NCBI GenBank assembly: GCA_976226885.1
Contig: OZ320318.1
Location: 68,448,001-68,512,000, forward strand
DNA: 64,000 nt
Reading direction: 5' to 3'
From: Iphione sp. A-MEVVRFRX5
Lineage: Eukaryota
Part shown: positions 11,882 to 21,105 of the stretch, in pieces
Position numbering within the stretch: the first letter of the stretch is position 1
Layout of the letters: the number at the start of each line of letters is the position of its first letter
The notes under the pieces: generated by a model
The model's input: only the letters and a program-made list of their open reading frames with translations
Told to the model about the DNA's origin: nothing
Databases searched by the model: none
Translations under genes and position numbers: made by a program

Positions 11882-14011
11882 ATGGCTCAAGCTGAAGTTG
11901 ATCTATTGAGGAGACTTGTAGCCTCTTTCTCATCCGAGGAGGAACTCATCTCATGGGCTACAGAGAAGGGATTGATGAATAATCCTCTCATATTGGAGAG
12001 ACAAAATGAATTAAGGAACAATCAATTGAACAGTAATGAGGTAAGTTCCCAAAAAAAACCCACATGTTGTACTGTTCTAAAATTACCCAAGCCTCATGAC
12101 TTCACTCATAGATAATCATGTTTCATGTCATATGTATGTATATTCCAGAATTTTAAATTGCAGGTAGACCTATTGAATAATTTATTGCTGCCGACGAGTA
12201 ACACATCCCAAACACAGCAATCTTATTCTTCTGATGATGTCTGCACACCAAACACACAGGATGGTATTGTGCAATCGAAGACAGTTCAAAACACCCTACA
12301 TTCATCACCAACAGTGACGTCAGCAGCAGGGCAAGTCACCAATGCTCCATCTGAGCGCTATGTGGCTATTCCTGGGCCTAGTCATCGTCCAGTGAGTCAA
12401 ATGTGTTCTTGATGGAAATAATAATAATATTAATAATAATAGACTATATGATTCAGTATTTAGTTTTCTTTTTTGGAGGTACAACAATTCACATTTGTGT
12501 GTGTGTGTGTGTTGGTGCATGTAGACTAGATGCTGATAGTAAATATTTTGTTTCCTTGAATTCATCAACTGTGAAAACAGCCAGAAGAAGGATTGATGAG
12601 AATGCCTGAAGCAGACCATGTGCAGAGTCTATATTCACTGTCATCCTCATCATCGGAGGAGTCAGAAGAAGTAAGTTATATCTGATCCATTCGATTCCTT
12701 ACCTGTGTTCGTATAGTAGGCATACTGCAATTTTGTCTCATATACTGGAAGTATGAAGTTCCTGAAAAAAAATCAAAGTGCAACAATGATAACTTAGTTT
12801 TTCTTTTTTGTTTTACAGGTTGAAAACCAACGGAAATGTGACAAGTGTTTCAAGAAATTCAAGCGCCAAGGAAATGCAAGACGTCACAAAGAAAGCTGTC
12901 GGCAATACAAGTGTCATAAATGTACTAGGTCATTTGAAAAACCTTCACTTTTGAGAAGGCATCGTCTAAGTCACTTAGACCCCAAACTGGAAAGAGTATA
13001 TAGAGCCAATCAGCGTCACATCCTAGCCCACCACACTGAGAGAGAAATAACCACAGATTACAACTTCCCCACTAATGATCTCTCACGTGGCCCACAGGAA
13101 CTACAGCAATTTTTTGAGACAATTTTCGAAAGGGAAGACCACACCTTCAAGGTGAATATGTCGTTTGGTATGATATTGTATAATGTGCAGACAGGTGAAT
13201 ATCGTTATTTCATCCCCTATAGTAACAGTATGGTATTTAACGAGTCCATAGTGGTTTCCCAGGCAAGCGACCTGTCTGAGGTAATGGATAGCATCAGAGC
13301 AGTCAACCCCAAGAATTACTTCATCTGGAACCGACCAGACACTAAATGGCAGGTAGCTATGATAACTAATGTCGTATTTTTCATTATGCGGACCACATAT
13401 CTGATGGGGCGAGGGTTCTTTCCCAATTTCATGAGAAATAAACAATGTATTACTTCCTTAGATGACCATAACGATGCTCTTTGCGCCTTTAGATGTCTCG
13501 CCATATGCCATCAAGAAAACGACGTAGAAGGAGCCGTGAAAGAGTACTGTTCGTTGTGGTGTCAATTCCAATCAAATCAAGAAAACCACACGCTGCCTCA
13601 TGACCTGAGTCAATCTTGAGGTGTCGACCTGCGCGACTTGACCCTCTTTGAGGAATGTTTCCAGGTCAGTATATATGTATACGAGTTGAAGATGAATGGA
13701 AGCATATCCGTAATTCGGAAACCCTTTGCTTGTTTTCCCGATACTATGCACCTCAACCTTCATGCCAGTCACCTCTCCTATGTCAGTGACTTCAAGAACT
13801 ATGCCAAGAAGTTTCAGTGCCGTCTCTGCCGGCGTTGTTTCGGTAAGAGACATCATTTCACCAGACACTCCAAAGTATGTCCCCTAAGAACACGCTATGT
13901 GTACCGAGGGGGATATTACAACAGTCCTTCAACCATATTCGATGATCTTGAAGGACTGGGAATAGTTGTTCCACATGAGGAACGGATGTACAAAGATTTT
14001 GCTGTGTTCGA
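11882..14011 (+). pseudogene. Spliced Maverick-type protein-primed DNA polymerase B gene, N-terminal part only (zinc fingers plus pre-exonuclease region), truncated
   Basis: Exons 11882-12040, 12164-12391, 12581-12670 and 12819 onward, all joined by phase-0 GT-AG introns. Exon 4 encodes CDKC-x12-H-x3-C and CHKC-x12-H-x3-H fingers, then FKVNMSFGMIL...RPDTKWQVAMITNV...DALCAFRCLA, an in-frame TGA at 13617, GVDLRDLTLFEECF...HLSYV...CRLC-x12-H-x3-C...GGYY, and ends at FAVFD (start of Exo-I). These motifs match my recollection of animal Polinton pPolB N-termini. Confidence 0.8.
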
Positions 14012-15300
14012 CTGGACCTGTTCCATGTGCCCCCGTCTCAGACGGGTATAACTGAAGAGTATATTAAGGAGTATTCACCCACCGGGGAAATATCTGGAGA
14101 CGGGGTCTTGGAGTTCCATGTATCCAATGGTTCCTTAGATTACATCAGGATGAATAAAATCAGAATGATGGTGGAACTGCAGATCCATGACGACACGGGA
14201 AAGAAGATCAAGGCCGTGGATGACGTCGCCTTCATCAACATGATACCTGCCACAATGTTTCGACAAATGGAACTCTCTCTTCAACAGATGGTGGTCAGCT
14301 TGAGCATTAGAGCAAATTACCCCTACAAGTGCATGATCGATACTCTGCTCAGGACTGGTGTGGCCGACAAGCTGGGATGGATGAGTGTGGCTGGATTGGC
14401 AAAGGACATTGCAGGGAAAATGGACGATGTGAGTGGACTGAAGTTGGCCTACACCTCTAGAAGACAGAAAACGAGAGAAGGGAAGACCGCTCAGTTGATG
14501 ACACGCCTTTTCCTGGGTGTCACCGATTAGAAGAGACTGCTACTTAATGGTGTCAGTCTGAACCTGAAACTCTTCCAATCACCAGAAGACTTCAAACTGA
14601 TGTACCCAAGTCTCACCACTTATGACACTGCAGAGAGTCCACAGGCCAGGACTTCAAAAACCTACCACTTGAAACTGACGAAGGCAGTCTGGAGAGTGCC
14701 TTTCGTGAGGATACACGAGAGCATCATCCTTGCTCGAGAAGGGTCCGGCCATCTATCCTTTCAAATGGACCGACATTCGCGGTTTCACCGTCGCCTCTAG
14801 CAGCTACGAGTTCTCCGGAGAGAACATATTCCAAGACCGAGTCCCCGAATGCCTTGTGGTGGCACTAGTTGATGCGGCGGCATATGCCGGGAATGCACAG
14901 AAGAACCCCTTCAACTTTGATCCGTACTCGGTGAACTATGCCACGTTCGAGGTGAATGGAGTGTCCAGGCCTGGTCGCCCCTTCCAGCCCAAGTTTTCCG
15001 AAGGGCACATAGCCTCGCTCTTCACTGCCCTCTTCGACGCTTTACCTTCCTGGCATCAAGGCGAGCTACCGGCCATCACCGAGGATGACTTCAAGGCAGG
15101 ATAAGCCTTCTTTATTTTCAACCTGAACCAGGAAAGAGAAGAAGAGCTAGCCTCTCCTCTGAAACGAGACTGACCAGAACACCAGACTGATCATTAAATT
15201 TGAAACGGCCCTATCGTCTGCTGTCACCGTACTAACCTGTGGTCAGTTCCCGGCTGTGATGAGTATAGACCTGCATCATAATGTCTCGCTCGTCATCTAG
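14012..15300 (+). pseudogene. Polinton/adintovirus major capsid protein (double jelly-roll, hexon-like), N-terminus clipped
   Basis: LDLFHVPPSQT...EYSP...LEFHV...NYPYK...D*KRLLLNGVSLNLKL...AIYPF...FQDRVPECLVVALVD...YAGNAQKNPFNF...VNG...P(F)QPKF...G*AFFIFNL...RLIIKFETAL...SIDLHHNV. About 430 codons, with stops at 14528 and 15102 and frameshifts near 14733 and 15175. Confidence 0.92.
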
Positions 15301-15320
15301 TTCCCCTTTCAGAGGCCGAG

Positions 15321-15761
15321 ATGCATAGATACCTTAAGAATAATCCTTTCTATGTCAGAACAGACTCTTACCAGAACCTGCCCTCGCACCACGTCTCAGA
15401 CAAAGATCGACCTGCCTTCTATGTCATCAATACGGACAAAGTATGCTCACCAGGTCTTCACTGGGTGGTCATCTATCTGCTTCCTAACGATAGACCATGT
15501 GAATTTTTCAATTCTTTAGGGTGTACACCTGAGCATTATCCAGCACGTGTTAGAAATTTTCTCCTAGCTAATTGTAATGCCAATACTAGATTATAAGGAA
15601 CTCAACCTTTATGTGGTTATTACTGTATAGATTACATTAGGGAAAGTACGAGGGGTGTATCTTTCCTGCACTATATGGAAAGTTTGGTCTATCGTTATAA
15701 GAGCTACCTAAGCAATGATCGTCTCGTGGTTTCAAGAGTGCACAACCCATTCATACCATGA
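15321..15761 (+). pseudogene. Adenain-type (clan CE) cysteine maturation protease
   Basis: YVINTD...PGLHWV (catalytic His), CEFFNSLG (N at the usual acidic position), RL*GTQPLCGYYC (TAA at the expected oxyanion Gln, catalytic Cys). The same frame continues to TGA at 15759-15761. AATAAA at 15935. Confidence 0.9.
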
Positions 15762-15967
15762 TTTCGTACAGTTCTTGATTGACGATTTCTTCCCTCTCAT
15801 GTGAAGAGTCTTGCACATGTATGTCTTGCAGTCTGATTCCCTGCTAATGAGAAACCAAAAAGTTGTATACTATCTATCATGCCTTGATATGTACATGTAC
15901 ATGTATTATTCCAAGGAGAGTGAGGAAAAATGAAAATAAAAATGTCTCTTAATCACTTGTTCTCTGT

Positions 15968-16288
15968 CTGATTTGTTTATATCAGTATAGGTTAGAAGAA
16001 GAAAGAAAAAAATTATATAATACTCACCTGTAGGACCTCTTCACTTCTGGAGGATAATGATCATCTTCTATTTCTTCTTCTTATTACTATGACAATCATC
16101 ACTGAGACCAAGAAAACAATAAGGCCAAGGAGAATGCAACTAACAATAATCCAAGTTGAAGTGATTGAGGTATTTGTGGTGTCAGTGTGTTCTGTCACTG
16201 TTGAAATAGTAGGAGAGTAGGTACTATCATTCACGGTTGGTATATCAGTCCATTGGGTGTGCTGATTCCTACTTTGTTATAAAAGCAT
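15968..16288 (-). pseudogene. Type-I membrane glycoprotein-like gene (Thr/Ser stalk, TM helix, basic stop-transfer), spliced
   Basis: 16288 to 16028 reads MLL*QSRNQHTQWTDIPTVNDSTYSPTISTVTEHTDTTNTSITSTWIIVSCILLGLIVFLVSVMIVIVIRRRNRR*SLSSRSEEVLQ, then a GTGAGT donor at 16027. A candidate 60-bp intron (16027-15968) contains CTAAC and ends in CAG. Confidence 0.7.
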
Positions 16289-16322
16289 GCTTATATTCCT
16301 GTTGAACCATTTCTTTTTGTAA

Positions 16323-16342
16323 ATATATATATATATATATAT
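16323..16342. repeat. (TA)n microsatellite
   Basis: Direct reading. Confidence 0.95.
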
Positions 16343-17049
16343 GCAACCAAAAACTTCATCCAGGTGATGATTTGGTCAAGTATAGATCACCTCTCTTTTT
16401 TTTTATTGAAGATGATATACTCAGGATGTTATAGTGGCACACATTATACTATACTGGCAGATGAGGATTGAGTGTCAGCTACATATAGATTTACCCTAAA
16501 GGTTCCGTTTTTTTTTTTCTGATAACAGTATTGATGTTTCTATACTGCACTATATTATAACAAATGGGTGATGATTACTCGATATATCCATCTATATAAG
16601 GACGTTTTGTATTACATATCATTCTATTATATATACAGGCAATGATTGTTATGCATGTAGTCTTTGGGTGAAGAAGAGAGTCGATTTGAAGAAGTGTTAG
16701 GATACAGATCATCATTTTATTTAAAATCAGATAGAACAACACCGGTTACTCATCATTCAACATGTTGAGGAGTTAATGTGATGGACACCATAGTCGTGAT
16801 TGAGTTTTAAAAAAAACCAAAGTAGGTCAAAAATTCATTTTCATAAAAGATATTTATTTACGTCTTCTATTGTTACATGTTGTGATTTTCTTTCCTAGTT
16901 ATCGAAGAAATAGTATTCTATTGTAATAGAGACAAATTACAACTTAATCAATACATAAACTACTACTACTATTTCTTCTAATACTGTTGCTAATACAGAA
17001 AAATAACCATTTGAAATGCAATCATCCCTTCGTCCAATGAAAGTACTTT

Positions 17050-18300
17050 GGGTTTTTTTTATGCAGCTGCTTCAATCAAAGAATTATCAAATCTGAGCCA
17101 ACAGGGCAAACTTGTACTCAAAATGATACAAGTGGTAGAGCTCTGTGTCAACCTCCCCATTCTTAATGACATGTCCACAGTACACGGGATCGACTTTACT
17201 AGCGTGGTCTTTCTCATTAAAGTCTCACAAGCATTCAATTGTAGGAGGTGAAATGTTGGTCTTGTTACTCCACTCCAGAAGATTGATCATCAACTGGCTG
17301 GCCTCCACAAGTCATTGGAAGCTGATGCGCATGTGGGCAGCATGCAGTACATCACTCCGGGCATGCTCAGGGATACGACATGGTGAGCCTCCATCATCAT
17401 TCTCTAAGCCGCCAAGTCCCCTTGCTTTCATCAAGTTGTGATATTCTGTGGCAAGAAGAAACACATACATCTTCTGGATGACTTCATGCATTGAAATGGT
17501 ATTAGCAGGAAAAGGAACGTACTTGATATTCTCTCCATCAACAAGTTCTTTTTGGGCAGTGACTTCACACATCAGCTGATTAATGAAGATGTTCTTGGAC
17601 CGATGGGTGAATTGGCTTCCATCTGCTTTCGCTCTCACCATATTGTATGTTCTCCTCAGTAGAGGGAAACAAACCTCCTTCTTGGTGTGCTCACGCTCTC
17701 GCTCAGCCAGAGCAAGGAATGAATTGCTTGAGTCTATTGGATGCCTCTTCATATAATCCAGTATACCTTCCACTTCGTGGATCAGGAGGTTGAAGCAGTC
17801 ATAGCTAGAAAGCAGAGATAGTAAACAGGAATATAATACTCTATTTACAAGTACATGTAAACATTAAATGCAAAAATCGAGATTGAATGCATCACAGACA
17901 TTTGTATACATTCATGGATTTCACAAGGAACATAATGGGTAATGGTTAATCAGTGAATATAATTTATGAAGAAAAAACACTTACTTGATTCTTTGAGCTC
18001 CTTCGTCAATCCGTTCGAAACACACATATGTCCTGCTGGCAAAGTCAGCCAGCTCAATGTGGTAGGTCTTTTCTTCAGATTTGACAGTGAGCACATGTCC
18101 ACAAAGAAGACTGTCCCAGTCATTGCCAGCTGTGTCAATTACCTCATGACGGACAAAGAGATGATGAGCAGCTTTCCCTATTCTCCGGATTTACAGATGA
18201 AAATGCAAACCACCATCGGTGACACGAACTCGCTCGGATATGGTCTCCATGGCTGCAGAGCTATAGTGGATGATCCAACAACGTGACAGTAAGGGGTTCT
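17050..18300 (-). pseudogene. Two-exon pseudogene of unknown function (right arm of the element)
   Basis: Exon ...METISERVRV...WDSLLCGHVLTVKSEEKTYHIELADF...GAQRI(N) splices in phase (AA|C) over a 180-bp intron (GTAAGT at 17984, polypyrimidine-TAG at 17805) to YDCFNLLIHEVEGILDYMKRHP...HMRISFQ*LVEASQ...ECL*DFNEKDHASKVDPVYCGHVIKNGEVDTELYHLYHFEYKF. Four in-frame stops before the end. Confidence 0.7.
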
Positions 18301-20699
18301 TATATACACAGTGGTATGACGTAGGCAGTCAGCCTACCTAATCTGAAAAAAAGAATCCTTTCTTTCAGTGTTATCTTGTCCCATAATGCAAATGTAACGT
18401 GTCTGAACACGTCTAGATTGTTATCATCTACACCATTCTTCTTATCTTATCTAATGAACCACTAGAAACTAGTAGACTGATCTGACATCAGCTTTGACAT
18501 ATCTATGTAGCGAATGAGTTTGAACATGTGTGGACAGATACCACCACAGGCAAACAGGTCTGAACACACACTGACAAAAAATGCACAAGATTAACAGTGG
18601 AAATGCTTCCATACCTGATTTCAGTATTCTATTAATTTCATCCTCATATTTCACATTCCATCTAGTGAGATGACACAAGGGTGATAAACTGTACCCTTGG
18701 TTGGTTGCACGGTCACCTTAAGATATAGTTACACAGTAGATACTTATTGCAACTAATATATTCATTGGTTTGGTGGGGTCATATATTTATGTTTACTTCT
18801 ATATGTATTAAAGTAACAGATCTACATACATAAACTCCTTTCGCTTGGTATTGCATCATATACATGTTCATACTTGTTACCACCACTGCGACAGATCAGT
18901 GCTGATGTCATTGGTTGGGATTCCTCATGCAAGGTCAAGTGGAAAATGGAAACTCAAGTGCTTCAAGGAAACTCAAGTGGTTTGCACCCAGATAACCTTT
19001 TTGCACTAAAGGGGGTCTAGGGCAGTTACCTTCATACACTACTCTTAGTGTACTGTTATTTCCGCCCTGGGTTAGATCCTTGATGCGCACATGTTGTTGC
19101 TAGCTGTCTGTCTTTGATGCTGCTCTCAGATACATGTATATCAGATAGGCTTAATTTCCGTACACGTGTTGTTTTCATGGCCATGCCAACGTATTTCCAG
19201 CATGGTTTTTGGTAACTGTGAACAAGAAAAGGAGTGTTTCCTGAGCGCATGTACTATGTAGTGTGTTTTCACAATCACTATTTTCAGATTGGGAAACTTC
19301 ACAGTTTCTACAGTTGAGTATGTTTTCAGTATTGTGAACTTTTCCAAGCAGGCCATGGTGGTAAAACATACATATGGAAATGACGCCTTATTGGAAATGC
19401 TCATTTACATATGATATTATCTTCATTACACATGCAAAAAGCGGGAAAGGCTGTTACTTGGCAGTATATATTACTAGCCGACGTACGTACATAAATGGGA
19501 ACAAGGTTTATGCCCCGCAGTTTCCCTATTCTGGGTTATGACACACTGTGAGCAGGAACGCCATTAATGGCCCACCAGATCACATGCATGTTTGCTAGGA
19601 CCAGTCGCCCCTTTGGTCGCCCATCCATGTTTGTGGCTCTCATCACGAGTGATTGATTACAAACATGGCGTGTGTGTTTGGAGTCTTTGTGAGTGCGTGT
19701 GTGTCTGTGTCTGTGTGGTTTTCTACAACACTGCGGTCTGCAAAAGAAAAAAAACGACGCCAGCGCCAGCGGCGGATTATGACAGCGCATGCCCCGCGGC
19801 CATCTCGGTCAATGAGCCCCGTTAGCAACGAGTGGGCCAAACTGCTCTAACCCATTGACCAGACCGCAGATGGCTTGCCGTGCACGGTATCGCCGAGTTG
19901 CTCTGTTGGTTCTCGCCCTAGACCAGCATGGAATGAGGTTGAGGAATTTTAGCAACGTGGTCAATAAGGACAAGCTCGAAATGGAACAGGGATGAAATAG
20001 GGTTAGGAACGTGGATGGGTACCGGGCCCAACATTGCCTGTGTACATATCATTATTCTTAATGTTCAAACTCGATCTGCGTAACCTGTTGAACTTTATGT
20101 ATTGCTTTGGTTCTATTCGGCCAGTGCTGTTTATCGTTTAAGGTAATCAGGGCCTGTATATCGATGCCCTGGTCACACACTTTCTATGAGTTAGTCACAA
20201 TGCATTCGGAAACTGCGTGTGCTAAATTGGCGAGGAGTGGTTCTCCAGTTGCAGTGCCCACATCTGGACACAGCGGGATAGAAATATATTGAAGGGGAAA
20301 TTGTGTCACATATAAGTTTTTTTTTTTATATTAGCGAAGAGAGGACTAGACTGAATGGCAGCAGGTGGTCTTAGGAGGCAGCACTGGATAGAAACCATTA
20401 CCGACTGGTCAGTACACAGAGACTTCGGTAATTGGCAGGTAAAAATAAGACAAGTCCACACGTGGCACGACCGGAGCGCTACACAGTCAACAGCTGGGAC
20501 ATACCTGATAGCTTAAAATATACGCTCGATCCTCTTCAGACGTTATTGTCTTTGTTATATTACTGTATTTTGAAAATAGTATCGGAAGCACACCTACTGT
20601 TTTAAACTGGACGTTGCATAGCATTACACTTTTCATACATATAAGTGCGATACTGAGAGCTACAGACACATTGAAATGTTTATTTGAGAGGCAAAGGGA

Positions 20700-20900
20700 T
20701 TTTTCAAAACTATCGAGTGACCTGAATTGACTGGGTTGATGAGATTTATCTTGAACGGGCGCATGAAACTCAACCCAGGTAAACGTACCTTCGTGTAAGG
20801 ATTAGAGATAAGGCTGCAGTCAAGATAGTTTAAATCACATAACAGTGTTCTCCGCCATTTAAGGACATTTTTTACAAGTATACAGGTTGTCTTGTCTTCC
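20700..20900 (+). mobile_element. Possible highly degenerate non-LTR (CR1/L2-like) reverse transcriptase remnant
   Basis: LSSDLN*LG in one frame and GRMKLNPGK...VLRHLRTFFTSIQVVLSS in another resemble the LQxDLxxLxxW...MxxNxxK...LGVxLS RT tail. Frameshifted and weak. Confidence 0.3.
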
Positions 20901-20924
20901 ATGGAAGAGGGGACAGGTCCAGAG

Positions 20925-21105
20925 TGAGAGAACAGGAGAGATATATGGAGATAAACAGAGATGGAGAACGAGACAGGCAGAAAGAGAGACAGAAAGACAG
21001 AGATAGTAAGGGACAGAGGCAGATAGAGATACGCAGAGATAGATAAAGAAAGAAATTCAGTGGTATAAAAGTGAAAGAGAGAGAAAGAGGATGAGGATAA
21101 AAGGA
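20925..21105. repeat. Degenerate GA-rich low-complexity tract (AGAGAT/AGAC-like units)
   Basis: Purine-rich run of imperfect gagaga/gacaga/gataga units. Confidence 0.75.

Larger units (their letters stand above)
11181..19404. mobile_element. Decayed, internally deleted Maverick/Polinton (adintovirus-like) endogenous element; boundaries approximate
   Basis: Clustered pPolB N-terminal region, Polinton-type major capsid and adenain-type protease, plus flanking accessory ORFs. No TIR or TSD was found, so inclusion of the outer arms is an inference. Confidence 0.85.

Noticed and set aside
16959-16970. ACTACTACTACT as a Polinton right terminus
   Set aside because: No matching AGTAGT-led inverted repeat on the left, and a gene continues beyond it; I also found no TIR pair between 10.2-11.2 kb and 19.4-19.6 kb
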